Shown here one piece after another: positions 37,096 to 46,748 of a stretch of 64,000 nt of DNA. Below the pieces are notes generated by a model. It worked only from the letters and a program-made list of their open reading frames with translations. It was not told the DNA's origin and did no database searches. A program made the position numbers and the translations under genes. The stretch spans positions 40,558 through 104,557 of the forward strand of contig JASFHL010000004.1 in NCBI GenBank assembly GCA_050123235.1, written 5' to 3'. Numbering within the stretch: the stretch's first letter is position 1; every line of letters starts with the position of its first letter. The stretch is from Candidatus Woesebacteria bacterium. Its GTDB lineage: Bacteria > Patescibacteriota > Microgenomatia > UBA1400 > PJMF01.

Positions 37096-37170
37096 AACAT
37101 TATTACCCATCAATCTAAAAGCCGTTCACTGCAACGTTTTATATTCTTTTAAAATACAAGGCTCACTTAG
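37096..37170 (-). repeat. truncated copy of the MITE-like repeat ('gcgaacg'-side half)
   Basis: gaacattatta...ccgttcactgcaacg...aaaatacaaggctcacttag aligns to copy E. Confidence 0.55.
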
Positions 37171-37469
37171 TTTAATTAAGATAGTTAATGAATAAAATAT
37201 CTTTCTGTCAATCCAACTTGAATCCATAAATAAACATACAGTAAACTAAACAATAAATTTATAAAAATCGGAATGCGAGGTTAAAATAAAAGCTAAGTTT
37301 AAAAGCTCCATTAACTTTAAAGACTCCGTGTGTCAAGCGAACAAGGAATAAAAGAAAGCTAATAATAAGAAAAAATAGAATCAATTTGGCGCTAAAAAAA
37401 AATTTGCAATTTAAATAGCAAACTAAGCTCCATTTTGGGATAAGTCTTTATTCAGCTACTGATAGAAAA

Positions 37470-38561
37470 TCAACTTTTTAACTGATATCTAACTCCTTTA
37501 GTCACACCCAGTTTCTCGATTACTCCTTTTTTAATCAAATCTTTCATATCTCTCAAAATGGTATCTACCGAAACATTGGGCAAAACCTTTTGCGCATCTT
37601 CTGAAGTCACCTCACCTTGGTTTTGGAAAAGTTCTAGCAAAATAATCTGTCTCTCAGATAAAGCAACCTGTTTGCCCAACTCTTTTTTCATTTTTAGATC
37701 TTTGGAAAGCTTCATTACTTGTTGTTTAATTTTCTCAATTTCAATAGCTAAACCATAACAAAAATACTCCAGCCAATAAGTCATATCTTTATTTGAATTC
37801 TGTTGCACAGATAATAAAGCCTGATAATACTGCTCCACATCATTATCAAAATATTGCTCTAATGAAAAAAACTTTTTAAAATCATAGCCTCCTGCATATA
37901 AAACTAAAGTTGCCAAAGCCCTAGCAGTACGGCCATTCCCTTCTATAAAAGGATGAATGTAGACCAATTGATAATGGGTAATTGCTGCTCGAAAAATAGG
38001 ATGAGCAGTTTTAGCGGTATCACTTTTCAACCAAGAAAAAAAATCTTTAAGTAAAAAAGGTACTTCCACTGACACTGGTGGCCTAAAAACCACCTCACCA
38101 CTGCTAGCTCCCCTGACGATCACTTGTTTTTTTCTAAAATCACCCACATCAGCATCATCTAACAATTTATACATTGTCAAGGAATGCAAAGTTTTAAGTG
38201 TTTCAATGGAAAAAAGATTGGCAAAATTGGCAATTTCCTGACTATCAATCCAGACAATCACATTACGATAATTAATTACCTCTTGGATATCACGCTCCCG
38301 GGCAATGATGCCTGTTTTTTTAATCACGTCTTTTGAGGTTTTAGCAGTATTCAAACGAACTATTTGTTTGGCCTGCTCTTCAGTAAGGTCATTGCCTTCA
38401 ATTTTAGTTCCAAAGTGAACAGTTCTGCTCATTGCATCATCACGAAACTTAGCTTCCCAGGCAGGAACCAATGGTGAATGATCAATCAAAGCCTTAGCTG
38501 ACTCAATACTAGCTACATAGGTAAGAAGATTATTGGTAATACGGAATTTAGGTTGGAACAT
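37470..38561 (-). CDS. Fic-family protein (AMPylase/Fido) with C-terminal winged-helix
   Basis: Canonical Fic motif 'HPFIEGNGRTAR'. Confidence 0.85.
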   Translation of the reverse strand: MFQPKFRITNNLLTYVASIESAKALIDHSPLVPAWEAKFRDDAMSRTVHFGTKIEGNDLTEEQAKQIVRLNTAKTSKDVIKKTGIIARERDIQEVINYRNVIVWIDSQEIANFANLFSIETLKTLHSLTMYKLLDDADVGDFRKKQVIVRGASSGEVVFRPPVSVEVPFLLKDFFSWLKSDTAKTAHPIFRAAITHYQLVYIHPFIEGNGRTARALATLVLYAGGYDFKKFFSLEQYFDNDVEQYYQALLSVQQNSNKDMTYWLEYFCYGLAIEIEKIKQQVMKLSKDLKMKKELGKQVALSERQIILLELFQNQGEVTSEDAQKVLPNVSVDTILRDMKDLIKKGVIEKLGVTKGVRYQLKS

Positions 38562-38638
38562 GGTAGAAACTTATTCTACCTTAATTTTTGCAAAAATTGC
38601 AGTAATATTTTTTGATATAAATCTATTACAATAAAATA

Positions 38639-39211
38639 ATGATCAAAATCATTGGCTTAGTTGGCACCTTGGCTAGCGGCAAGACTTCAGCCGCCAACTA
38701 CTTCAAAAAAAAGGGCTTTCATATTTATAAACTCTCAGACGTAATTAGAGACGAACTTAGACAAAGAAAAATGCCCATTACCAGGAAAAATCTCCAAGAT
38801 ATAGGTAATGAATTAAGAGAAAACTTTGGAGGTGACGTTCTAGTCAAAAGAGTAATTGCTAAAGCCAAAACTAATGGTGAAAACATGGTCTTTGATGGCA
38901 TTCGAAATCCTCAAGAAATTAAATATATCAAGAAAAAATATCAAGTGCCAATTTTAGGCATTACTGCTTTGGAACAAACCAGAATGAAAAGATTTATAGC
39001 TAGAACTAAAGATAGAAGAGATGAAGATGGCAAAACCAGTGAAGAATTCCAAATTGCCAATGATCGTGACTTAGGCAAAGGAGAAAATAATAATGGCCAG
39101 CAAGTAAGCAGGTGTCTGAAATTATGTGATTATTTAATTTTAAATGAAAAAAAAATTGCTGATTTGTATCGTAGTTGTGATTGTTTTTTGGAAGAATATA
39201 ACTTGGATTAA
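38639..39211 (+). CDS. P-loop nucleoside/nucleotide kinase (dephospho-CoA kinase-like)
   Basis: 'IGLVGTLASGKTS' Walker A at N-terminus, 190 aa. Confidence 0.5.
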   Translation: MIKIIGLVGTLASGKTSAANYFKKKGFHIYKLSDVIRDELRQRKMPITRKNLQDIGNELRENFGGDVLVKRVIAKAKTNGENMVFDGIRNPQEIKYIKKKYQVPILGITALEQTRMKRFIARTKDRRDEDGKTSEEFQIANDRDLGKGENNNGQQVSRCLKLCDYLILNEKKIADLYRSCDCFLEEYNLD

Positions 39212-39285
39212 AAATTTATAAAACACCATCCTCTCTTTTTTACTTTTGATAGAATATACAATAAATTTATAAGTTACACTAAAAA

Positions 39286-39609
39286 ATGATAACTATGGCA
39301 AAAATTCAAACACCCAAAGACATTCAAGACATGCCCTTATCTCTAGTCAAAAACATGATCACTCTGGCCACTAGTGGTTTTGGACTGGTGGTAGCACTAG
39401 CGTGGAATGAATTTATCAAAACAGCAGTGGCCGAATTTATTGATCCTATCTTAGGAAAAAGTGGCGGCTTAATTTCTTTATTTATTTATGCTGTAATCAT
39501 GACTTTTCTAGCAGTAGTGGTCACAATGCAGTTAGCTAGTTTACAAAAAAAGTTTGAAGAAATTCAAAGTATAGTCAATGGCAAAGACAAAAAAACAAAA
39601 AATGAATAA
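39286..39609 (+). CDS. small membrane protein, hypothetical
   Basis: ORF track; 2 TM. Confidence 0.4.
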   Translation: MITMAKIQTPKDIQDMPLSLVKNMITLATSGFGLVVALAWNEFIKTAVAEFIDPILGKSGGLISLFIYAVIMTFLAVVVTMQLASLQKKFEEIQSIVNGKDKKTKNE

Positions 39610-40684
39610 ACAAAGCTCAAATTCTGACGAAACTATTAAAAATTACCTTAAAAAAATCAAGTTAGCTCATCCCAATTCTCATAAGGGCCAAAATGGCAAA
39701 TTAATGATCATTGGTGGCTCTAAATTATTCCATGCTGCTAGCAAATGGAGCCTGGATATTGCGTCTAAATTTGTTGACATGGTTTTTTATTCTTCAATTC
39801 CAAGTAACAACCAGCTTATCCAGGAAGCTAAAAAAAATTTTTGGAATGGGATTGTGGTAGCTCGTCAAGACATTGAAAATTATATCCAAGAAGCAGATTG
39901 TGTTTTGATTGGTCCTGGAATGGAGCGAGCTGATGAATCAAAATCTAATAAAAAAATACTCGAAAAAGTTAATCTCCAAAGTGAAACTCAACGACTTCAA
40001 ATTCAAAAAAATAATCAGCATACTAGCCAAGAGCGACTATCTCAAGAAGAATGGCAAAACGATACGCAAAAAATTGTCAATTATCTACTTAACAAATACC
40101 CTCAAAAAAAATGGGTTCTTGATGCAGGCGCTTTGCAAATGATGAACCCTAATCTACTTAATAAAAATTGCATTATTACCCCACATAAAAAAGAATTAGA
40201 ACTTATCTTGGGAAAAATAAAAATTGACAAAAATGGAAGCAGCTCTTTTGGCCAAAATAAAAATTATTCTAGCCAGCAAATCTCAACACAGGAATTTCAA
40301 CAAGTAAGTGAACTTCTAAACAAAAGCACTATCTTACTTAAAGGCCCAGTGGACTATGTAATTAGCCCACAAGGACAAAAAAAAACAATTCTGGGAAAAT
40401 TAAAAACTGATATCAAGCAGCCAGATAGCCAAACAAAAATCATTCCAATTAAAGGCGGCAATGCTGGCATGACTAAAGGCGGCACCGGGGATGTTTTGGC
40501 TGGCCTGCTGGCTGCTCTCTATTGCCAACATGACGCTATCACCAGTGCTGTAGTAGCTAGTTACATTAACAAAAAAGCTGGCGACAAATTATATGAAAAA
40601 GTTGGACCATATTTTAATGCTAGTGATTTAGTAGAAGTAATTCCAGAAGTGATTTGGGAAGAAATAAGAAGTTGTGTATTATAA
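39578..40684 (+). CDS. ADP-dependent NAD(P)H-hydrate dehydratase (YjeF C-terminal / Nnr family) with long Lys/Gln-rich insert
   Basis: 'KGQNGKLMIIGGS' and 'GGTGDVLAGLLAAL' signatures. Confidence 0.75.
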   Translation: MAKTKKQKMNKQSSNSDETIKNYLKKIKLAHPNSHKGQNGKLMIIGGSKLFHAASKWSLDIASKFVDMVFYSSIPSNNQLIQEAKKNFWNGIVVARQDIENYIQEADCVLIGPGMERADESKSNKKILEKVNLQSETQRLQIQKNNQHTSQERLSQEEWQNDTQKIVNYLLNKYPQKKWVLDAGALQMMNPNLLNKNCIITPHKKELELILGKIKIDKNGSSSFGQNKNYSSQQISTQEFQQVSELLNKSTILLKGPVDYVISPQGQKKTILGKLKTDIKQPDSQTKIIPIKGGNAGMTKGGTGDVLAGLLAALYCQHDAITSAVVASYINKKAGDKLYEKVGPYFNASDLVEVIPEVIWEEIRSCVL

Positions 40685-40796
40685 TTACATATTAAAAAAA
40701 CTAAAACATAACGGGAATCTGAAAAATATCAAAACATTGTTGCTGCATTAGAAAAAGCAGAAATAACTTTTACTGATACTGATATTTCTGATTAAT

Positions 40797-41057
40797 TTGA
40801 AAAATAAAAAAATGACGGAGAATGAAAAAACACCAAACTATACAAGAGTAATCATCATTTCTGCATCAGCGGTAAGAGAAACTCTTCCAAAACTCATAAA
40901 TGCAGGTTATTTAATAGCAGGAGATGATGAAAAAAACAATCGTGCCCAAACCAAAGGATTACGATTCACTGTTCAAAATCAGCAAGAAGAAAGAACCATT
41001 ATGAGTTTTCTTCAATCAATTGGACAAATTCCAGTATCAAGACCTCGATCAAAATGA
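40797..41057 (+). CDS. hypothetical protein (86 aa)
   Basis: ORF track. Confidence 0.3.
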   Translation: MKNKKMTENEKTPNYTRVIIISASAVRETLPKLINAGYLIAGDDEKNNRAQTKGLRFTVQNQQEERTIMSFLQSIGQIPVSRPRSK

Positions 41058-41086
41058 AACTTTAGCAATAAAGAAATCTCGAACTT

Positions 41087-42238
41087 CTATTTACTTTTAT
41101 TCTCCAGTTCAATTTTTCCTAAATCTCCCACCACTTTTTCTATTCGCCCAGTCAATGAGGGATCTGTAGTGCTCACTACTGCCTGTCGCCTTCCCAACAA
41201 CCCCAAAGTCATCTCCCTACTCTCTTCATCCAATTCTGACAAAATATCATCAAGTAGCAAAACTGGTTCTTGCCTTGCCTTATTTCTAATGAAAAGCAAT
41301 TCCGCTAATTTTAGCCATAGAACTGCCATTCGCTGCTGTCCCCTAGAACCAAAACTCGCAATTGAGCGATGATCAACTTTTTTATATCCAATTTCAAAAT
41401 CATCTTTATGGGGCCCAATCAGTGTGTGCCCTGCCATGACTTCTTTATAAGCATATTGCTTTAATCTTTCTTCAGAAATTAAAGAAGGTAAATATTTAAT
41501 TGAAAAAGCTAGCGGGAAATCAACAGTTTGGATAAAGTCAATCAATCCTTGTCTCTTTTCTTGTAAAATTTGGCCATGTTTCAAAATTGTTAAATCCCAA
41601 TATTTCAAAATAGAACGATTAAACTCTCCTTCTCTGATCCCTAGTAAAAGCTTGTTTCTTTTTCTTAAAGCATTTTCATAAGTTTTCAAAGAAGCTGCAT
41701 ATTGAGGATCTAAGATTGAAAGCTGATGATCTAGGTAAGAACGTCTTCTTCCAGGAGAGCCTTCTATCAGTCTTAAATCTTCCGGACGAAAAACTACGCT
41801 ATAAAAATTGCCCAAAAATTTTTTCTTTTGCCTTCTTACGCCATTAACAGAATAAAGGGTTCTTAAAGTTCTTTTGCCTTGAACTATCCCTCTGGTAAGG
41901 ACAAGCTCTAAGTCAATTTCTTCCAAATCGTGGAACTTTGTTTCAGAATCTGCGCTAGAACTAGCAACACCTCTTTTTACAGACTCACCTCTATCCTTCC
42001 CTTCTTGCTCCACCATCACCTTCCCTTTCACCCGAGCTAATTCTTGCTCAAAGCGAATCATTTCTTCTACCTTTTGTGCGCGAAAACTAATCCCGGCAGA
42101 TAATAGATCAATAGCTTCAATAACTGAAGTCTTGCCACTGCCATTAGGACCAAGAATTAGAGTAGTTTTTTTAGAAAATTTAAAAACAGCAGTTTTGTGA
42201 TTACGAAAATTTTGTAAAGCAATTGATTGCAAGATCAT
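41087..42238 (-). CDS. recF: DNA replication and repair protein RecF
   Basis: 'LQNFRNH...LILGPNGSGKTSVIEAI' N-terminal Walker A, SMC-like C-terminal 'LLLDDILSELD'. Confidence 0.85.
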   Translation of the reverse strand: MILQSIALQNFRNHKTAVFKFSKKTTLILGPNGSGKTSVIEAIDLLSAGISFRAQKVEEMIRFEQELARVKGKVMVEQEGKDRGESVKRGVASSSADSETKFHDLEEIDLELVLTRGIVQGKRTLRTLYSVNGVRRQKKKFLGNFYSVVFRPEDLRLIEGSPGRRRSYLDHQLSILDPQYAASLKTYENALRKRNKLLLGIREGEFNRSILKYWDLTILKHGQILQEKRQGLIDFIQTVDFPLAFSIKYLPSLISEERLKQYAYKEVMAGHTLIGPHKDDFEIGYKKVDHRSIASFGSRGQQRMAVLWLKLAELLFIRNKARQEPVLLLDDILSELDEESREMTLGLLGRRQAVVSTTDPSLTGRIEKVVGDLGKIELENKSK

Positions 42239-42251
42239 AGCTAGCTTTTTT

Positions 42252-42638
42252 TTACTTTAAAAACACTCTCGAAAACCTAAACAACAAATATAGTAAAATT
42301 AATTGCCAATAAATGCAAAAAAAAGTTAAAAAATTAGACAAAAAAGGCAATGAATGACAAACAAGAGCCAAAGGGTTCTGGCTTAAAATGCTAAAAAGCG
42401 TTTGCTCAGTCGGCCAGCTAAAAGCAGGACAAGAAAAAACCAAATGCACAGTTGGGACAATCAAAAACTTCCATAAGACAGTAACAATCGCTAAAAAAAC
42501 AGTGGGCAACAAAGTCATCCATACAAATACTTTTTCTTTAACCAACGACTGCATGGTCTGATAAGGATGTAATAACAAACCTTGTGTGATCTGAAAAATT
42601 GAATAAAGTAAAGAGTTAAAAAGCTGAATTTTTTCCAT
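42252..42638 (-). CDS. hypothetical membrane protein
   Basis: ORF track. Confidence 0.35.
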   Translation of the reverse strand: MEKIQLFNSLLYSIFQITQGLLLHPYQTMQSLVKEKVFVWMTLLPTVFLAIVTVLWKFLIVPTVHLVFSCPAFSWPTEQTLFSILSQNPLALVCHSLPFLSNFLTFFCIYWQLILLYLLFRFSRVFLK

Positions 42639-42665
42639 AATTTTTTATTTTTTAAATTGCTTAAC

Positions 42666-42848
42666 TTAAAAAAAAGAAAACAAAGCTGCTGTTAACAGAG
42701 CTAAAATTGAGATTACCTGCCAAGGATGAGTCGCTATCAAACTGGCAACGCCATCTAACTGCTTAGGCAAAAGCTTTTCTTGCTCCAACTTAGCCTGGAG
42801 TCGTGCTTCTTCTTGTAACTTTTTTAAAAAATCTTTATTTTTTGGCAT
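42666..42848 (-). CDS. small single-TM protein downstream of ECF sigma (possible anti-sigma-like partner)
   Basis: ORF track; position. Confidence 0.3.
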   Translation of the reverse strand: MPKNKDFLKKLQEEARLQAKLEQEKLLPKQLDGVASLIATHPWQVISILALLTAALFSFF

Positions 42849-42862
42849 TAGTAAAATTAAAA

Positions 42863-43411
42863 TTATTTTTCTAATAACAAATATAACTCCCTAAATTCTT
42901 TTCTTGCCCTAAATAAATCTGACTCCACTGACTTTGTAGTTCTGCCTAGCCTTTTGGCAATCTCTTTAACTTTTTTCTTATCTACATACTTAAGTAAAAG
43001 AAGCTCTCTTTTTTCTTTCATCATCTTTTTTAGAACTTCTTTAACTTTATTTGAAGTCTCATGAGAATCATTAACCGGAGACTTCAATAATAATTCACCA
43101 AGTGGTAAAGTTCTAATCGCTTTTTTAGCATAAAGCTTACGATAATAGTCTGCAATTTCATGTCTCAAGATAGCAATCATCCAACTCTGTAAACTAGATT
43201 TTTCTTGAAAAAGAGTCGCGTTTTTCAAACAACTAATAAAGGTTTCTTGAACTAGCTCCTCCGCATCTTCCGTTGTTTTTACTTTTTTCAGAGCTATATT
43301 CAATAAAATTGGCTGATAAGACAGAAACCATTGTTTAATGGCAGCAGCATTTCCTCTTTTTATTTGGGAAATTAACTTTAAATCATTAAGCTGCTTATTT
43401 TTCTTAGACAT
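42863..43411 (-). CDS. RNA polymerase sigma factor, sigma-70 ECF subfamily
   Basis: Region 2 'LVQETFISCLKN...SWMIAILRHEIADYYR' and region 4 HTH 'VKEIAKRLGRTTKSVESDLFRARK'. Confidence 0.8.
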   Translation of the reverse strand: MSKKNKQLNDLKLISQIKRGNAAAIKQWFLSYQPILLNIALKKVKTTEDAEELVQETFISCLKNATLFQEKSSLQSWMIAILRHEIADYYRKLYAKKAIRTLPLGELLLKSPVNDSHETSNKVKEVLKKMMKEKRELLLLKYVDKKKVKEIAKRLGRTTKSVESDLFRARKEFRELYLLLEK

Positions 43412-43433
43412 AAAAATTGTATAATACTATTAT

Positions 43434-43781
43434 ATGCTATTAAACTTAATTTCCAAAGTTTATGCTCAAAATACTGGTGTTTCCGAACTTGACCTAAGTA
43501 AACAGCTTAAGCTTAATACGACAGAAGCTGTAGCTGATAAATATGATAATCCAATGACTTTAATTAACTTGCTTGTTCCCACCGTCTTTGTAATTGCAGG
43601 AATTATCTTTTTTATTCTCATTATTGTGGCTGGCTACAAATACATTGCCAAAGGTCAAAAAGGAATTGATGAAGCCAAAAGCCTTATTGGGGCAGCTGTA
43701 GCCGGTTTCATGCTGATGTTTGCAGCTTACTGGATTATTCAAATTATCAAAGGAATAACTGGGGCAGATATTCCTATTTAA
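43434..43781 (+). CDS. VirB2/TrbC-like small two-TM protein (T4SS pilin candidate), paralog 1
   Basis: TM1 - short basic loop ('KGQKGIDEAKS') - TM2; tandem paralog family. Confidence 0.5.
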   Translation: MLLNLISKVYAQNTGVSELDLSKQLKLNTTEAVADKYDNPMTLINLLVPTVFVIAGIIFFILIIVAGYKYIAKGQKGIDEAKSLIGAAVAGFMLMFAAYWIIQIIKGITGADIPI

Positions 43782-43884
43782 AGTTTTGATACCCTACAGA
43801 TTTAAGTTTCGAAATTAAAAAAGAGCCTTGCCCCCTGAAAAATAAATTTTTGTTATAATAGCTTGATTGACAAACTGACTGAAG

Positions 43885-44340
43885 ATGAAAAAAACTTTTT
43901 TAAATAAAACTCTGCAAAAAAAAACTTTTCCAAAAATCATAAGTTTATTTATATTTATTAATTTATTAATTAGTTCAATTTTCCCGGACGCAGCTTTGGC
44001 AGCAGATGATGTTTTAGGAGGAAAAATTAAACCTCCACCGGGAGTAGAAAAATATAACGTAGGAGGAAGAATTGGTATTATTGTTTTTATTTCCAATTTA
44101 ATTAAAGTGGCAACTGTAGTTGCTGGCATCTGGGTATTAATCAATGTTATTTTAGCTGGCTGGAAATACATCACTTCAAGTGGTGACTCTAAAGCTCACG
44201 GAGAAGTAAGTAGCAAAATTACTTACAGTATCATTGGCCTCGTTATTATTGTGCTAGCCTATACTATTACAGCTTTAATTAGTTTAATTATTTTTGGTGA
44301 TGCAGGCTTTATTTTGAATCCACAAATAGAAGGTATTTAA
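43885..44340 (+). CDS. VirB2/TrbC-like pilin candidate, paralog 2 (signal peptide ...ALA|A)
   Basis: signal peptide + 2 TM, loop 'SSGDSKAHGE'. Confidence 0.5.
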   Translation: MKKTFLNKTLQKKTFPKIISLFIFINLLISSIFPDAALAADDVLGGKIKPPPGVEKYNVGGRIGIIVFISNLIKVATVVAGIWVLINVILAGWKYITSSGDSKAHGEVSSKITYSIIGLVIIVLAYTITALISLIIFGDAGFILNPQIEGI

Positions 44341-44344
44341 AAAC

Positions 44345-44731
44345 ATGTTAATTAATCTTTATACTTTAGTTGCAAATAACCTTGATTTTGGCACAGGCTT
44401 TGAACCCCCTTCTACTGCCTATAGTGAAGGATCAACAACTCAAGAAGGTGCTATTAAAAACTTAGAATTATTTCTTTCCAATTTAATTGGTTTTTTGACT
44501 ATTTTAGCTAGTCTTTTCTTTTTAGTTTATTTTTTTGTTGCTTCTTTTCAGTGGGTTACTTCTGGAGGTGACAGTGGTAAAGCTCAAAAAGCTAGAGACC
44601 GCATGCTCCAAGGAGCTCTAGGACTAATTATTATAATAGCGGCTTATTCCATCATCGGCCTGATTGGTAAAATCGTTGGCTTAGACATTCTTAACCCAAG
44701 AGAAGCAATTGAAAGAATTATTCCAACATAA
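44345..44731 (+). CDS. VirB2/TrbC-like pilin candidate, paralog 3
   Basis: 'FQWVTSGGDSGKAQKARDRMLQGALGLIII' family motif. Confidence 0.55.
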   Translation: MLINLYTLVANNLDFGTGFEPPSTAYSEGSTTQEGAIKNLELFLSNLIGFLTILASLFFLVYFFVASFQWVTSGGDSGKAQKARDRMLQGALGLIIIIAAYSIIGLIGKIVGLDILNPREAIERIIPT

Positions 44732-44764
44732 AGTTTTAAAGTTAGCGAAAAATTCAAAAAAAAT

Positions 44765-45220
44765 ATGAAAAAAAACAACAATAGATTAAACACAAAAACT
44801 AAAAAACTAGGCATTGCATTAATCGCTGGTCTAGTTGGTTTGAAAAAATTAATCAGCGCCAAGCTAACTCAAGCTCAGATCACTAATCCAGCCTTAAAAG
44901 AAGATTCCGTGATTAATAAATATGAAAGTGCTGAATCGGGAGAAGCTTTTTTTGACTATTTTGCCATGCTCTGGCGTTCAGCTCTTAGCATGGGAATTTT
45001 AGTTGTTTTAGTTTTTTTTCTTTGGGGTGCTTTTGAATGGATGACAGCTGGCGGCGATAGTGCTAAAGTCCAAAAAGCCAGAGATAGGATTATAAATGCC
45101 ACTATTGGTCTAATTATCATGGCTAGTATTTTTGCCATTGTTGGCTTCTTTGGAGAGCTATTCTTTGGCGAAGACTTTAATATTTTAGAATTTACTTTCC
45201 CAACTCCATCAGGAACCTAA
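44765..45220 (+). CDS. VirB2/TrbC-like pilin candidate, paralog 4
   Basis: 'FEWMTAGGDSAKVQKARDRIINATIGLIIM'. Confidence 0.55.
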   Translation: MKKNNNRLNTKTKKLGIALIAGLVGLKKLISAKLTQAQITNPALKEDSVINKYESAESGEAFFDYFAMLWRSALSMGILVVLVFFLWGAFEWMTAGGDSAKVQKARDRIINATIGLIIMASIFAIVGFFGELFFGEDFNILEFTFPTPSGT

Positions 45221-45224
45221 AACT

Positions 45225-45557
45225 ATGATCACAACAATTGCGCAAGTCACCATTGATTTACAAGAAAAGGTAGCCAAGGAAGGAGTGCCTTTCGCAGAAG
45301 AAGAAGGCGGCGAAGGCATGGCTGTTTTGATTAGTAGAATGATGACCCTTGCCATGGTTGCTGCTACTATTCTTGTTTTACTTTATTTAATCTGGGGAGC
45401 CATAGAATGGATCACCTCTGGAGGTGACAGTGGTAAAGTCCAAAAAGCCAGAGATAAAATCATTCAAGCAATAATTGGGCTTTTGGTTCTATCTGCTAGC
45501 GGAGCTTTAATTATGTTAATTCAAAACTTTTTGGGCATTGAAGTGTTAGAATTTTAG
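45225..45557 (+). CDS. VirB2/TrbC-like pilin candidate, paralog 5
   Basis: 'IEWITSGGDSGKVQKARDKIIQAIIGLLVL'. Confidence 0.55.
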   Translation: MITTIAQVTIDLQEKVAKEGVPFAEEEGGEGMAVLISRMMTLAMVAATILVLLYLIWGAIEWITSGGDSGKVQKARDKIIQAIIGLLVLSASGALIMLIQNFLGIEVLEF

Positions 45558-45677
45558 CGACTCTTAAATAAAAACCAAATAATAAGAGTGAACTGATTGA
45601 CAGACGAAAAAAAATCTTGATATGATATAATTTAGAAAAAGAATTTTGATTTTAAAAACAATTAAAAAGGAGAAACA

Positions 45678-46082
45678 ATGAAAAGAATCCAAAAACTTGC
45701 TATTTCAGCTGGGTCTGTTTTAACAACTTTACAAATGACAGCTGTCTCCGCGCACGCAGCCATTACTGCTAAAAAAATCAGTCCAGGAACTGGTTATTCA
45801 ACTGATATTGGAGCAATGATCAATGGTTTGCTTAGAATCGTGATGGTCATAGCCGCTTTGCTTGTTTTTGCTTATTTAATTTGGGGTGGTATTGAATGGA
45901 TTACATCAGGTGGTGACAAAGGCAAAACCGAAAATGCTAGAAACAAGATTACTCAAGCAGTAATTGGTTTAGTTGTGATCGCTGCTTCTTATGCTATCTT
46001 AACTCTAGTGTTGAACTTCCTTGGCTTTGAAGAAGGCCTAGACACTGTTTTCCAACAAGATATTAATCTTTCCGGAGAATAA
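45678..46082 (+). CDS. VirB2/TrbC-like pilin candidate, paralog 6 (signal peptide ...AHA|A)
   Basis: 'IEWITSGGDKGKTENARNKITQAVIGLVVI'. Confidence 0.55.
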   Translation: MKRIQKLAISAGSVLTTLQMTAVSAHAAITAKKISPGTGYSTDIGAMINGLLRIVMVIAALLVFAYLIWGGIEWITSGGDKGKTENARNKITQAVIGLVVIAASYAILTLVLNFLGFEEGLDTVFQQDINLSGE

Positions 46083-46100
46083 AAATTATTTAGAAATTAG

Positions 46101-46127
46101 AAAAAGCCTCCGTATGGAGGCTTTTTT
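46101..46127 (+). terminator. rho-independent terminator (bidirectional A-tract/stem/T-tract)
   Basis: aaaaaGCCTCCgtatGGAGGCtttttt directly after paralog 6 stop. Confidence 0.75.
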
Positions 46128-46272
46128 GGTTTTATTGATATCTAAGACTTATAGAAATTTTAAAAAAAAGTTGTTTGAAATATTACTAAAACTAAAAAAA
46201 CCACCACAGAAGATTTATTCTATAATTGAGGTTATAATAAAATTGTTTTAAAATCCCAATTATTAGATCAAT

Positions 46273-46716
46273 ATGAAAAAAAAGCTTAAATCATTACAAA
46301 CTTTTATCTTTAGTCTCAGCTTATTGTTCATCCCTTTTTTCCTTCCTTCTCAATCTTACGCGCAAACTAGCACTTGGGAGGGCGTCTGTGTGGGACCCAC
46401 TGAAAAATCAAGTGATGTAGCTACCATCCAAGGAGCCCAATGTCTAATCGCTAATATTTTTTCCGTGGCTATTACCTTAATTGGCTTAGTCGGCTTTATA
46501 ATGTTAATTTTTGCTTCTTTAAAATGGATGCTAGCGGGCACTAATGCTCAAAACAAAGATAAAGCTCGAAATATGGCTGTTTATGCTTTTGTTGGTTTAA
46601 TTGTAGCTCTCTGTTCATTTATGATTTTGAAGTTAGTTTCAGACTTCACCGGAGTAAAAACAATTCTTAACTTCAGCATTCCCAGTTCTGATATTAATTG
46701 GGAAGAAAGACTTTAA
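46273..46716 (+). CDS. VirB2/TrbC-like pilin candidate, divergent paralog 7 (signal peptide, 2 Cys)
   Basis: 'LKWMLAGTNAQNKDKARNMAVYAFVGLIVAL'. Confidence 0.45.
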   Translation: MKKKLKSLQTFIFSLSLLFIPFFLPSQSYAQTSTWEGVCVGPTEKSSDVATIQGAQCLIANIFSVAITLIGLVGFIMLIFASLKWMLAGTNAQNKDKARNMAVYAFVGLIVALCSFMILKLVSDFTGVKTILNFSIPSSDINWEERL

Positions 46717-46748
46717 GTATTTTGAAGAATCAAAATCGAACGCAAAAA

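Noticed and set aside
43434-46716. Considered type IV (PilA-type) pilins or competence pseudopilins for the seven paralogs and for the 'ILSQQxQDIRQQA' N-termini at 8732-13906
   Set aside because: There is no class III prepilin signal (short basic leader + G|FTLIE...) and no PilD, PilB or PilC nearby. The two-TM hairpin topology matches VirB2/TrbC-type pilins instead.
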